This document shows, piece after piece, positions 1 to 9,605 of a stretch of DNA of 35,544 bases. The number at the start of each line of letters is the position of its first letter. The stretch's first letter is position 1. Origin of the DNA: a virus (taxonomy: Duplodnaviria; Caudoviricetes); IMG/VR virus record IMGVR_UViG_3300016265_000300, positions 1 through 35,544 of that record, one strand, 5' to 3'. A model generated the notes under the pieces. It did no database searches. It was not told the origin of the DNA and saw only the letters and a program-made list of their open reading frames with translations. Position numbers and translations under genes: made by a program.

Positions 1-2
1 CT

Positions 3-842
3 GACTATATTATCTTTTGTCCATTTCACAACAACTATCGTTCACCAGCAGGAGAAGTTGACAAACAATCTGGCATGTTCTATTGCTTTTCGTGTCAGCA
101 TGTTTGCGATTTAGTTGCATTAGTTATGCAAACATCTGGTAGAACATATTTTGAAGCAGTTCGTTTTATCAAGTCTAAAGAAACAGAAACTGATTTAGAG
201 TTTCAGATTAACCAAGCACTTGTAAACAAACCAGACTATGTTCCTTATGACGAGTTGCAGATTAGACGTTTAAATCAGCAAGCATTCGAATCACCAAGAG
301 CACTCAGATATTATCAGGGTAGATTTATTACAGAAGACTCTATGAGAAAGTTTGACCTTGGATTTAGTGAGAAGCAAGATATGGTTACTATACCTGTTCA
401 TTCTCCAGATGGAATGCCTGTTGGTTTTGTTGGTCGTTCTGTCGAAGGTAAAGAGTTTAAGAATACCCCAGGATTACCAAAAGCAAAAACTTTATTCAAT
501 CTACATCGTGTAAAGACTTCTAATAAAGTCTATGTAGTTGAATCATCATTTGATGCTATTCGCTTAGACCAATGTGGTTTTCCAGCAGTAGCAACGTTAG
601 GTGCAAATGTATCTAACTTCCAAACAGACCTACTTCAAAAGTACTTCAATAACATTATTGTTATTGCTGATAATGATGAAGCTGGCGGAAATATGAAAGA
701 CAAGATTATTGAACGTCTTGGCTCTCGTGTATCTGTTGTACAACTAGATAAACAATATAAAGATATTGGCGATATGTCTGATGAAGCTATTAAGAATCTT
801 GACGAATCATTTGACAAAACTATTGCTAGTATGCTAAACTAA
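3..842 (+). CDS. dnaG: DNA primase (CHC2 zinc finger + TOPRIM), 5'-truncated by window edge
   Basis: Frame is open from position 3 (DYIIFCPFH...MFYCFSC = CHC2 zinc finger). TOPRIM motifs VVESSFDA and ADNDEAG; KDIGD near the C-terminus. Confidence 0.93.
   Translation, partial: DYIIFCPFHNNYRSPAGEVDKQSGMFYCFSCQHVCDLVALVMQTSGRTYFEAVRFIKSKETETDLEFQINQALVNKPDYVPYDELQIRRLNQQAFESPRALRYYQGRFITEDSMRKFDLGFSEKQDMVTIPVHSPDGMPVGFVGRSVEGKEFKNTPGLPKAKTLFNLHRVKTSNKVYVVESSFDAIRLDQCGFPAVATLGANVSNFQTDLLQKYFNNIIVIADNDEAGGNMKDKIIERLGSRVSVVQLDKQYKDIGDMSDEAIKNLDESFDKTIASMLN
811..840 (+). promoter_or_regulatory. sigmaA-type promoter for the ssb/dnaE operon
   Basis: TTGACA-N18-TAAACT with TG extension, followed by an AAGGAG RBS and ATG at 874. 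Confidence 0.6.
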
Positions 843-873
843 TATACCGCTACAAAAACATAAGGAGAATATT

Positions 874-1527
874 ATGAGCGTAATTAAAGGGCTAAAGAAT
901 ATCAGCGATATACTTGATAAGCCAAAATATGAAAGCACTGGACAGAAAGTTCGTTGGGTAAAACTAGCGGATGGACAGTCTGCCAAAGTCCGTTTCATCG
1001 AGGAACTGGACTCCGATTCTGCCACATACAGTGAAGACCGTGGTCTTTCTGTTGTGATTTCAGAACACACTAATCCAAAGGACTACAAGCGTAAGGCTGC
1101 CTGTACAATCGAGACCGAGGGTCGTTGCTATGGTTGTGAGATGGCTCGCAAGGAACCAAAGTCTGGCTGGAGAGCACGTCTACGCTGGTACGGAAACGTA
1201 CTTGTTGAAGATGGTCTAGAGCCAGCATACGTTGCTGTATGGTCACAGGGTATCTCAAAGCAGTCTGCATTCAACACTATTCGTGAGTATGCACTGGAAA
1301 CTGGTTCTATCTCTAACTTGGAGTGGAAGATTAAGCGTAATGGTCAGGGAACTGAAACCAGCTACACCTTGCTTCCTACCAAGCCAGATGTAGAGCCTTT
1401 CAAGTGGGACAGCATCGAACCTTTCAATCTTGAAAAAGTTGTTCGTGAAGTTCCATACGCAGAGCAGGAGAACTTCTTCTTCGGCTTTGACACTCCGTCT
1501 ATTACATCAAGTAATACTGACTGGTAA
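874..1527 (+). CDS. Phage single-stranded DNA-binding protein (gp32-like)
   Basis: KLADGQSAKVRF, a His/Cys Zn cluster, and KRNGQGTETSYTL motifs; C-terminal DW; located between primase and polymerase. Confidence 0.75.
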   Translation: MSVIKGLKNISDILDKPKYESTGQKVRWVKLADGQSAKVRFIEELDSDSATYSEDRGLSVVISEHTNPKDYKRKAACTIETEGRCYGCEMARKEPKSGWRARLRWYGNVLVEDGLEPAYVAVWSQGISKQSAFNTIREYALETGSISNLEWKIKRNGQGTETSYTLLPTKPDVEPFKWDSIEPFNLEKVVREVPYAEQENFFFGFDTPSITSSNTDW

Positions 1528-1536
1528 AAACTAATC

Positions 1537-1574
1537 GTGGTGGGGGTAGATGATTTGTTCTCTGCCCCCACTGC
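1537..1574 (+). terminator. GC-rich hairpin between ssb and dnaE (attenuator or mRNA-stabilising stem)
   Basis: GTGGGGGTAGA...TCTGCCCCCAC inverted repeat; no U-tract. Confidence 0.55.
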
Positions 1575-1598
1575 CCACAAAATTAAGGAAAATTTTAT

Positions 1599-4500
1599 AT
1601 GAGTTATGCTGGACTACATGTTCACACTCACTACTCGCTATTTGATGGCATTGCGACACCACAGGAATATGTGGACAGGGCAGTTGAAATTGGAATGCCA
1701 GCCATCGCTATTACAGACCACGGTTCGCTATCTGGACACCGTGAACTTTATCGTGCTGCTATAGAAAAAGGTATCAAGCCTATTCTTGGAATCGAGGGGT
1801 ATATCACAGAAGACCGCTTTGACCAGAGAGATAAAGATGAAAGAACTACCCCACTAGACCTAGTATATAACCACCTTATTATTCTTGCTAAAGATGAAAA
1901 AGGTTTAGAAAATCTAAACAAACTTAACGAAATTGCTTGGACAGAAGGATTTTTTAAGAAGCCTAGAATGGATTGGGCTTCACTAGAAAAATATAAGGAA
2001 GGACTTATTATTACTTCTGGCTGTCTATCTGGCTATCTTGCTAAAGCAATTGAAGCAGATGATTTAGCTACAGCCAAAACACATTTAGAATGGGCTAAGA
2101 AAACTTTTGGCGATGATTACTATATTGAAGTCATGCCACACAATCCACCAGAAGTAAACAAGACTATTCTAGAACTTGCTGATGAATTTGGTATCAAACC
2201 TATCGTAACTCCTGACTGTCATCACGCTGGTCCAGACCAAAGAGAGATTCAAGAATTAAAACTAATTCTAAACACATATTCTAATAAGGTTCAGAAAGAT
2301 GCCACATTTGTTGGTAGCCAAAAGATAGATAGCCTTATGGACAAGTTGGACTACCTGTATGGTGCTGACCGCCAGATTACTTTTAGAGATTATGAAATAC
2401 ACCTGCTATCTGATGAAGAAATGCACAAAGCTATGGAAGCCCAGGGTATTGTAAGACAAGACATGTACGACAACACTCTTGAGATTGTTAATAAGGTACA
2501 GGATTACAACATTAAAGACCACATAGACCTGCTACCTGCACAATACCAAAATCCAGACCAAGAACTTTATGAACTTGCCATGGAAGGACTTAATGCTCGT
2601 GGCTTAGGCTTTGACCCTGCGTACCACGCTAGAATAGAAGAAGAGTTGCAAATCATTAAAGACAAAAGCTTTGCACCATACTTCTTGGTTGTTCGTAATA
2701 TGATTAACTGGGCTAAGAAAGAAAACATTATGGTTGGTCCAGGTCGTGGTTCTTCTGCTGGTTCTCTTGTCTGCTACGCATTAGGCATAACAGACATTGA
2801 CCCAATTAAGCATGGTCTACTATTTTTCAGATTTATCAATCCAGAGCGTAATGACTTTCCAGATATTGATACAGATATTCAGGATTCAAGGCGTGAAGAT
2901 GTAAAGGATTACCTTGTTCGCCAGTATCGTCACGTTGCTTCTATTGCAACATTCCTAGAGTTTAAGGGTAAAGGAATGATTCGTGACATTGCTCGTGTGC
3001 TAAATATTCCACTACCAGATGTGAACAAGGTTCTTAAGTTAGTTGACGATTGGGACGATTACTTAACGTCAAAGTCTACTGCTGAGTTCCGTGAAAAGTA
3101 TCCAGAGATTGAAAAGTATGGAGAGCAACTTCGTGGTCGTATTCGTGGTACTGGTATTCACGCTGCTGGTGTAGTTACTGCTAAAGAGCCTATCTTTAAG
3201 TATGCACCACTTGAGACTAGAACAACTCCAGGTAGCAAAGAACGTATTCCAGTAGTAGCAGTAGACATGGAAGAAGCAGAACGCATTGGTCTAATTAAAA
3301 TTGATGCTCTGGGTCTAAAGACCCTATCTGTTATTCAGGACACGTTGGCTATTATCAAAGAGCGTTCTGGTGAAGAGATTGACTTGCACCAAATCAATAT
3401 GGAAGATGCAAAAGTCTATCGCATGCTATCTGACGGATACACTAAGGGCGTATTCCAATGTGAAGCAACACCATATACAAATCTACTTGTTAAGATGGTT
3501 GTAAAGAACTTTAACGAGTTGGCTGCTTCTAACGCTTTGGTTCGCCCAGGTGCTATGAATACAATTGGTAAAGACTATGTTGCTCGTAAACATGGTAAGC
3601 AAAATATTGATTACAAGCACGAAGTTATAAAATCATTTACAGCAGAAACCTATGGCTGTATTCTTTATCAGGAACAAGTTATGCTTGCCTGTGTGGAACT
3701 TGGTGGTATGACAATGGCAGAAGCTGACAAAGTTCGTAAGATTATCGGTAAGAAAAAGGATGCTAAAGAGTTCAAGGTATTCCAAGACAAGTTTGTTGAG
3801 AATGCGTCTCGCTATCTTTCTCCTAATCAAGCACTAGACCTGTGGCACGACTTTGAAGCACACGCTGGATATTCATTTAACAAGTCTCACGCTGTTGCTT
3901 ACTCTACTGTTTCATACTGGACAGCTTGGCTAAAGTACTACTATCCAATTGAGTTCATGTATTCGTTGCTTAAGAACGAAAGCGATAAAGATGCTCGCAC
4001 AGAATATCTTATTGAAGCAAAGCGTATGGGTATCCCTATTCGCCTACCACACATCAACGAATCAGACATTGACTTTAAGATTGAAGGCAAGGGTATTCGG
4101 TTTGGACTAAGTGCTATTAAGTTTATTAGTGATAATATTGCTAGTAAGTATATCGCTGCTCGCCCATTCAACTCTTATAAAGAACTTGAAGAATTTACAT
4201 TTGGTAAGGGTAATGGAGTAAATAGTCGTGCATTACAGGCTCTAAGACTCATAGGGGCTGCTACATTTAGCGATAATCCTAGAAACGATGAAGAAGTTCG
4301 TGAAAACCTTTACGAATACCTAAACCTACCAGAGTTTAGTATTTCTATTCCACAGCACTACCACGCTTTTATCAACGATGTTGAAGAGTACGAAGAAAAG
4401 GGTGCGTATGTTCTTATGGGAATGATTAAAGGTATTAAGCGTGGCAAGGGTTGGTCGAGAGTAGAACTGCTTGACAAGACTGGTAGCACAGGTATCTTTG

Positions 4501-4877
4501 ATGATGAAAACACTACAATCGAAGCAGGTCGCACATACATTGTTCTAGCAAGCGACAATAGAATTGTTACCGCTATTCCAGCAGATGAAGTTAAAGGTAA
4601 CACATCAGCACTGATTAAACTGCTAAACTTTAGGCAGTTGCCATACAAAGATGATGAATTGTTTGTAGTATCATTTAAGCCAAGAGTTACAAAAGCTGGT
4701 AAGAAGATGGCTTCTCTCGTATTGGCAGATGCCGCTAGAGAGATGCACAGCGTTACAGTATTTCCAACAACATTTCCAAAAGCATATATGAAGTTGGAAG
4801 AAGGCAATGTTTATAAATTTGCATTAGGCAAAACAAAAGATGGAACAACGATAATGGAGGATGTGTTCAATGTTTGA
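1599..4877 (+). CDS. dnaE: DNA polymerase III alpha subunit (family C)
   Basis: PHP motifs HVHTHYS and TDHG; GPGRGSSAGSLV; FPDIDTDI catalytic motif; GYSFNKSHAVAY; C-terminal OB fold. Confidence 0.98.
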   Translation: MSYAGLHVHTHYSLFDGIATPQEYVDRAVEIGMPAIAITDHGSLSGHRELYRAAIEKGIKPILGIEGYITEDRFDQRDKDERTTPLDLVYNHLIILAKDEKGLENLNKLNEIAWTEGFFKKPRMDWASLEKYKEGLIITSGCLSGYLAKAIEADDLATAKTHLEWAKKTFGDDYYIEVMPHNPPEVNKTILELADEFGIKPIVTPDCHHAGPDQREIQELKLILNTYSNKVQKDATFVGSQKIDSLMDKLDYLYGADRQITFRDYEIHLLSDEEMHKAMEAQGIVRQDMYDNTLEIVNKVQDYNIKDHIDLLPAQYQNPDQELYELAMEGLNARGLGFDPAYHARIEEELQIIKDKSFAPYFLVVRNMINWAKKENIMVGPGRGSSAGSLVCYALGITDIDPIKHGLLFFRFINPERNDFPDIDTDIQDSRREDVKDYLVRQYRHVASIATFLEFKGKGMIRDIARVLNIPLPDVNKVLKLVDDWDDYLTSKSTAEFREKYPEIEKYGEQLRGRIRGTGIHAAGVVTAKEPIFKYAPLETRTTPGSKERIPVVAVDMEEAERIGLIKIDALGLKTLSVIQDTLAIIKERSGEEIDLHQINMEDAKVYRMLSDGYTKGVFQCEATPYTNLLVKMVVKNFNELAASNALVRPGAMNTIGKDYVARKHGKQNIDYKHEVIKSFTAETYGCILYQEQVMLACVELGGMTMAEADKVRKIIGKKKDAKEFKVFQDKFVENASRYLSPNQALDLWHDFEAHAGYSFNKSHAVAYSTVSYWTAWLKYYYPIEFMYSLLKNESDKDARTEYLIEAKRMGIPIRLPHINESDIDFKIEGKGIRFGLSAIKFISDNIASKYIAARPFNSYKELEEFTFGKGNGVNSRALQALRLIGAATFSDNPRNDEEVRENLYEYLNLPEFSISIPQHYHAFINDVEEYEEKGAYVLMGMIKGIKRGKGWSRVELLDKTGSTGIFDDENTTIEAGRTYIVLASDNRIVTAIPADEVKGNTSALIKLLNFRQLPYKDDELFVVSFKPRVTKAGKKMASLVLADAAREMHSVTVFPTTFPKAYMKLEEGNVYKFALGKTKDGTTIMEDVFNV

Positions 4878-5205
4878 TGAATTAGCAATGGAACTGCATG
4901 AAACCGCAGTTAAAAAAGGTTTCTGGAAAGTTATTGACGATGCTTCTAAAGAGCAAGTAGATATCTTTATAGCTAAACAATTAATGATGATTGTTTCGGA
5001 AGTAACTGAAGCTATGGAAGCAATCCGCAAAGACAAGGGCGAAGAAGAAATTGCTGCAGAGTTTGCAGATATTATAATTCGCACACTTGACCTATACGCA
5101 GGTTTAGTAGAGCAAGGTTATACGAATATATCTTTGGACTACGCACTTGAAAACAAAACTGGGTTTAACAAAACACGCCCAGAGAAGCATGGGGTTAGAT
5201 TTTAA
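4870..5205 (+). CDS. MazG-like NTP pyrophosphohydrolase
   Basis: SEVTEAMEA...EEEIAAEFADIIIR motif; ATG at 4870 overlaps the end of dnaE. Confidence 0.8.
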   Translation: MFDELAMELHETAVKKGFWKVIDDASKEQVDIFIAKQLMMIVSEVTEAMEAIRKDKGEEEIAAEFADIIIRTLDLYAGLVEQGYTNISLDYALENKTGFNKTRPEKHGVRF

Positions 5206-6215
5206 TGACAACAATAGAAGAAGCTCTAGCACAACTAGACCCACGCATTCGCAAGAACCTTACTACTGGTGTTGGCTTTAAGACTGAGTATCAGGCTACA
5301 CCTAGTTTTGGACTAAACCGTGCACTCAATGGTGGTTTGCCATATGGTCGCCAGGTACTTATCTGGGGTAGCAAATCATCTGCCAAGTCTTCATTATGCC
5401 TACAGATGATTGCATTAGCACAACAGGAAGGCAAGTTGTGTGCTTGGATTGATGCAGAAATGTCTTACTCGGAATCATGGGCTAAGGCTCTTGGAGTAGA
5501 CACAGCAAATCTAATCGTATCACAAGCCAGAACAATTAATGAAATGGTTGATGTTGGCACAAGCTTAATGGCTGCTGGTGTTGACCTAATTGTGGTTGAC
5601 TCAATCACATCACTATTACCAGCAATCTATTTTGAAAAGGATTCAGATGAACTTAAACAATTGGAAAACACAAAACAAATTGGAGCGGAGTCAAGAGATT
5701 TTAGCAATGCTTGGAAGATGCTTAATTATGCTAATAACAAAGTTAAGCCAACCCTTTTGGTACTTATCTCGCAATCTCGTAACAATATTTCTGCTATGTA
5801 TACTAGTCAACAGCCTAGCGGTGGTCAGGCTACTAAATTTTATTCATCTACGGTTATCAAGTTATTCAGTTCCGAATCAGACAATCAAGCAATTAAAGGC
5901 AAGATTGCAGTTGGCGATAAACTCATTGAGGAAAAGGTTGGTAGGAAAGTTCGTTGGGAAGTCCAGTTCTCCAAGACATCGCCAGCCTTCCAATCTGGAG
6001 AGTACGATTTTTATTTCCGAGGTGATGTTGGGGTTGACAGCATTGGTGATTTGGTTGATACTGCCGAAATAATGGGCATTGTAGAACGCACAGGTGCTTG
6101 GTATATCCTACCAGATGGCTCAAAGCTCCAGGGTAGGGATAAGTTCGTAGCAAGAGTACGAGAAGATTTAGACCTACAAGATGAAATCAAGGCAAAGGTA
6201 AATGGGCAAGTATAG
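5205..6215 (+). CDS. recA: RecA-like recombinase
   Basis: LNRALNGGLPYGR; Walker A variant GSKSSAKS; WIDAE; Walker B LIVVDSI; SGGQATKFYSS; GAWY. Confidence 0.95.
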   Translation: MTTIEEALAQLDPRIRKNLTTGVGFKTEYQATPSFGLNRALNGGLPYGRQVLIWGSKSSAKSSLCLQMIALAQQEGKLCAWIDAEMSYSESWAKALGVDTANLIVSQARTINEMVDVGTSLMAAGVDLIVVDSITSLLPAIYFEKDSDELKQLENTKQIGAESRDFSNAWKMLNYANNKVKPTLLVLISQSRNNISAMYTSQQPSGGQATKFYSSTVIKLFSSESDNQAIKGKIAVGDKLIEEKVGRKVRWEVQFSKTSPAFQSGEYDFYFRGDVGVDSIGDLVDTAEIMGIVERTGAWYILPDGSKLQGRDKFVARVREDLDLQDEIKAKVNGQV

Positions 6216-6387
6216 TATTTATCCTGGCTCATTTCCTTGCCATACCTGTAAGGTAGAAGTCAAAACAGTTAGGCTGTATCCACAGGAAAAACTTATTACT
6301 TGGATGTGTCCAGAAAAGCACCTAAATGAAGTAAGCCTACAAACTAAAAAGAAGAAGAAAGATTATGAGCGAAAAGAACGAGAGTAA
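6202..6387 (+). CDS. Small zinc-ribbon protein
   Basis: CxxC...CxxxH; overlaps both neighbours in the operon. Confidence 0.65.
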   Translation: MGKYSIYPGSFPCHTCKVEVKTVRLYPQEKLITWMCPEKHLNEVSLQTKKKKKDYERKERE

Positions 6388-6652
6388 GCGTATTGGTGCT
6401 AAACAGCATAAAAACTCTGGTCGTGGCACAAAGAAAGGCGATGCTTCTTGGGAGAACTTTACAGTTGATTTTAAAGAAGTAGGCAAGTCTTTTACTTTAA
6501 ATAAAGATGTTTGGGCTAAGGCTACTACAGATGCTATTCGTAATGGTAATGACCCTGCTATTGTTGTCGTTATTGGTGAGAATGGTATTAAAACAAGACT
6601 AGCAATCATCGAGCTTTCTTTACTTGACCAGATACTCAACGATGGTGTATAA
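6365..6652 (+). CDS. Hjc-type PD-(D/E)xK Holliday junction resolvase/nuclease
   Basis: NSG...KGD...VDFKE motif arrangement. Confidence 0.7.
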   Translation: MSEKNESKRIGAKQHKNSGRGTKKGDASWENFTVDFKEVGKSFTLNKDVWAKATTDAIRNGNDPAIVVVIGENGIKTRLAIIELSLLDQILNDGV

Positions 6653-6678
6653 TAGAATTATAACATTAAGGAAACAAA

Positions 6679-6993
6679 ATGGAAAACAGAGAACAAAATA
6701 AATCAACTTTAGAGATGGTCAATGGTCTTTCAGAGATTGCTGACTTTATGAATGACGAAGAACTTACCACAGCACTTACGTTTGTTGCTAAGGTAATTCT
6801 AAAGCCAGACATTCCACTAAACGTTGCAACAGTAGAAATAGTACGCTTGCAAGCAATTGCTGCAAAGATGTCGCTTAAAGCCACTTGGATGGTCAATGTA
6901 GAAAAAGGAGATAGAGCGAAGAAGAATATTTACTTCACTGCTGCCGAAGCAATTAATGACTTGGTATCAGCACTTAAATATATTACTCGCTAG
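6679..6993 (+). CDS. Hypothetical alpha-helical protein
   Basis: TG-TATAAT extended -10 upstream, AAGGA RBS, coupled to the next gene. Confidence 0.75.
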   Translation: MENREQNKSTLEMVNGLSEIADFMNDEELTTALTFVAKVILKPDIPLNVATVEIVRLQAIAAKMSLKATWMVNVEKGDRAKKNIYFTAAEAINDLVSALKYITR

Positions 6994-7001
6994 TGGCTAT
7001 T

Positions 7002-7811
7002 ATGGCTAAGAACTTATTAAATCAGGTTATGCTTAAAAAAGCAGAATCAAATCCACAATCAAAACCATCTTTCTTGAATAAGGAAGAACTGATTGCAAAA
7101 ATTAATTCAGGATACACAGTTAATCGTGTAGACAAATTCCAACAGAAAAAGACATTTGCACCTAGCACTATTGCTTATGCATTTGGTGAGTGCCCTAGAT
7201 ATTGGTACCTTGCTTTTGAAGGTGCAGTATTTACAGACAACGCAGATGCTTATGGTGCTGCAAACATGACAGCTGGAACAAAGTCTCACGAAAGAATTCA
7301 GGAAGCCATGAAGAACGTTCCAGGACTTCTAGTTGATTCTGAATTTAAAGTAACATACAATGACCCACCAATCTTCGGATTTGGTGACGTTATTCTTAAC
7401 TGGGATGAAAAAGAATTGCTTGGAGAAATCAAGACAATGCCTAACGAGGGCTTTGAGTATAGAAAAACAGCAGGTAAACCAAAAACTGGTCACGTCATTC
7501 AGTTGCTTATCTATATGAAGATTTTGAACAAGAGCAAGGCAGTACTAATTTACGAAAACAAAAATAATCACGAACTATTGATTTTTCCTATTGAAGTAAA
7601 TCAGTACATGTATGAGTGGGTAGAGAACACATTTGAATGGATGCGACAGGTTCGTAAGGCATGGGAAAACAAAACATTGCCTACAAAGAACTATCGTTCT
7701 AATTCAAAGATTTGCAAGGTATGTCCTATTAGGGAAGCCTGTGAAGCTGCTGGTTCTGGAGAGATAAAACTAAATTCTCTGGAGCCATTAGATGAAAACA
7801 AAATATTGTAG
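7002..7811 (+). CDS. Cas4-like / PD-(D/E)xK exonuclease
   Basis: CPRYWY, GTKSHERIQ, GFGD..EIKT, QLLIYM and C-terminal CxxCPxxxxC Fe-S cysteines. Confidence 0.85.
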   Translation: MAKNLLNQVMLKKAESNPQSKPSFLNKEELIAKINSGYTVNRVDKFQQKKTFAPSTIAYAFGECPRYWYLAFEGAVFTDNADAYGAANMTAGTKSHERIQEAMKNVPGLLVDSEFKVTYNDPPIFGFGDVILNWDEKELLGEIKTMPNEGFEYRKTAGKPKTGHVIQLLIYMKILNKSKAVLIYENKNNHELLIFPIEVNQYMYEWVENTFEWMRQVRKAWENKTLPTKNYRSNSKICKVCPIREACEAAGSGEIKLNSLEPLDENKIL

Positions 7812-8088
7812 TTGGTGCGACCATCAGTTTGAAACTAAATTATCTTATCAGATATATTGCTCTCCCGAATGTAGAGAGCTTGCAACTAAAGAAAAAATTG
7901 CAGAAAAGTATTTGAGAGATAAGATTAAAAAACGTGCTAATAAAATCAGGCTTTGTAAAAATTGTGGCAGAAAGTTGTCTATGTATACAGATGAAATTAT
8001 TTGTCAATCTTGTGACATTGTTCCAGACGAAGTTAAGGATGCACTAAAAGAAATTAGAGGAATAGCAAATGGTAAAATCGAACTCTAA
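7792..8088 (+). CDS. Cys-rich zinc-finger protein
   Basis: CxxC..YCSxxC..CxxC..CxxC. Confidence 0.75.
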   Translation: MKTKYCSWCDHQFETKLSYQIYCSPECRELATKEKIAEKYLRDKIKKRANKIRLCKNCGRKLSMYTDEIICQSCDIVPDEVKDALKEIRGIANGKIEL

Positions 8089-8635
8089 AAAATTCTGTGC
8101 CATTGATGCTAGCACTAATAGCTTGGCTTTTGCAATATTTGATAATGGCAAGATAACAGCCTGTGGCAAGATTAAGTTTAGTGGAACTACTACTTATGAA
8201 AAGGTTATGGATGCCGCTAAGAAAACTAAGATGTTCTTTGATAACTTTGATTTTGATACTATTGTAATCGAACATACAGTATTTATGAACAGCCCTAAGA
8301 CTGCTGCACAACTGGCTATGGTCCAGGGAGCACTTCTTGGGGCTGCGTCTATGTCTGGGGTAAAACACATAGGTTCTGTGTCACCAATAACTTGGCAAAA
8401 CTTTATTGGCAATAAGAAATTAACTAAAGAAGAAAAGCTTCAGGTTATGAAAGACAACCCAAAGAAATCAAATTCCTGGCTCAAGAATGAAGAACGAAAC
8501 ATTCGCAAGCAAAGAACCATAAACTTTGTTAATATAAATTACGACAAGGATTTGATAGATGATGATGTTGCTGATGCCTGTGCTATTGGGCATTGGGCTA
8601 TTCATAATTGGACTAAGGCATTTGGGGGGTATTGA
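8069..8635 (+). CDS. ruvC: RuvC-like Holliday junction resolvase
   Basis: AIDAST, VIE and DDDVADACAI acidic catalytic motifs. Confidence 0.8.
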   Translation: MVKSNSKKFCAIDASTNSLAFAIFDNGKITACGKIKFSGTTTYEKVMDAAKKTKMFFDNFDFDTIVIEHTVFMNSPKTAAQLAMVQGALLGAASMSGVKHIGSVSPITWQNFIGNKKLTKEEKLQVMKDNPKKSNSWLKNEERNIRKQRTINFVNINYDKDLIDDDVADACAIGHWAIHNWTKAFGGY

Positions 8636-8639
8636 CAAA

Positions 8640-8795
8640 ATGGCAAATAAGTTTTATACTAATGAAGCATGGTTACGCAAACGCTATTGGATAGACAAGA
8701 AAACTCCAGAACAGATAGCCAAGGAATGCGGAGCCACAACAGAAACAATCTATGTATATTTAGCAAAATTTGGATTAAGGAAGTCTAAGAGATGA
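8640..8795 (+). CDS. Small HTH DNA-binding protein
   Basis: TPEQIAKECGATTETIYVYLAKFG helix-turn-helix; ATG at 8640 follows GGGGGG. Confidence 0.75.
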   Translation: MANKFYTNEAWLRKRYWIDKKTPEQIAKECGATTETIYVYLAKFGLRKSKR

Positions 8796-9079
8796 AAAAA
8801 GTTAAAGCAAGCAAGCCGCAGACCACAAAATTTAGCAGAGAGTATAGCCTACAATTTGGCAATTTTACTATTGCTAAAGGTGATATCATTAAGATAGATG
8901 GAGAACATGGTCTAAAGTTCCAGTTTGATAGTCTTGTCACGAACACCGAAACAGGTGTGTCGTGGGTAGATTGTTTTGAAATGGACAAGGGCAAGCCATC
9001 GTCTTGGCGTTCTTTTTATCCAGACAAGGTAAAGAGAATTCCAACAAAGCGTGGAAGAAGGAAAAAGAATGTCACTTGA
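8792..9079 (+). CDS. Hypothetical SH3-like basic protein
   Basis: ATGA overlap with the upstream stop; KGDIIKI...WVDC...RSFYPDKVK. Confidence 0.75.
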   Translation: MKKVKASKPQTTKFSREYSLQFGNFTIAKGDIIKIDGEHGLKFQFDSLVTNTETGVSWVDCFEMDKGKPSSWRSFYPDKVKRIPTKRGRRKKNVT

Positions 9080-9605
9080 AGACCTAACGGTTGAACATCT
9101 TGACGAGATGAATAAGGTTGTGGAGAAGTATCTCCAGGGTATAGAGCCTACCCAAATCTCTAAACAACTTTCTTTATCTAGAAATAAGGTTGTTGCACAC
9201 ATTAACCAATGGAAGCAACTTGCCTCAGACAATTCTATTATTCGTGCTAGAGCTAAAGAAGCTCTTGCTGGTGCTGACGCACACTTTAATAGACTTATTA
9301 GTAAAGCATATGAAGTTATTGATGATGCTACCACTACCGCCAATCTTGGAGCTAAGACTGGTGCTATTAAACTTGTATTAGATATTGAGACCAAGCGTAT
9401 TGATATGCTACAAAAAGCTGGCTTGCTTGAGAACAAAGAACTTGCAGAAGAAATGCTAGAGATTGAACGCAAACAAGATATTCTTGTTGGCATTCTTAGA
9501 GATGTTGCTTCGGAATATCCGCAGGTAAGAGACGAAATTATGCGTAGGCTTTCTGCGGTATCAAAAGAACAAGAGGTAATTACAATTGTCCACGATGTTC
9601 AATGA
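9069..9605 (+). CDS. Probable terminase small subunit
   Basis: N-terminal HTH (PTQISKQLSLSRNKV) plus helical oligomerisation region; directly upstream of and overlapping TerL. Confidence 0.65.
   Translation: MSLEDLTVEHLDEMNKVVEKYLQGIEPTQISKQLSLSRNKVVAHINQWKQLASDNSIIRARAKEALAGADAHFNRLISKAYEVIDDATTTANLGAKTGAIKLVLDIETKRIDMLQKAGLLENKELAEEMLEIERKQDILVGILRDVASEYPQVRDEIMRRLSAVSKEQEVITIVHDVQ

Noticed and set aside
6993-7811. Cas4-like gene as part of a CRISPR-Cas system
   Set aside because: No cas1/cas2 and no repeat-spacer array in the window; the context is replication/recombination.
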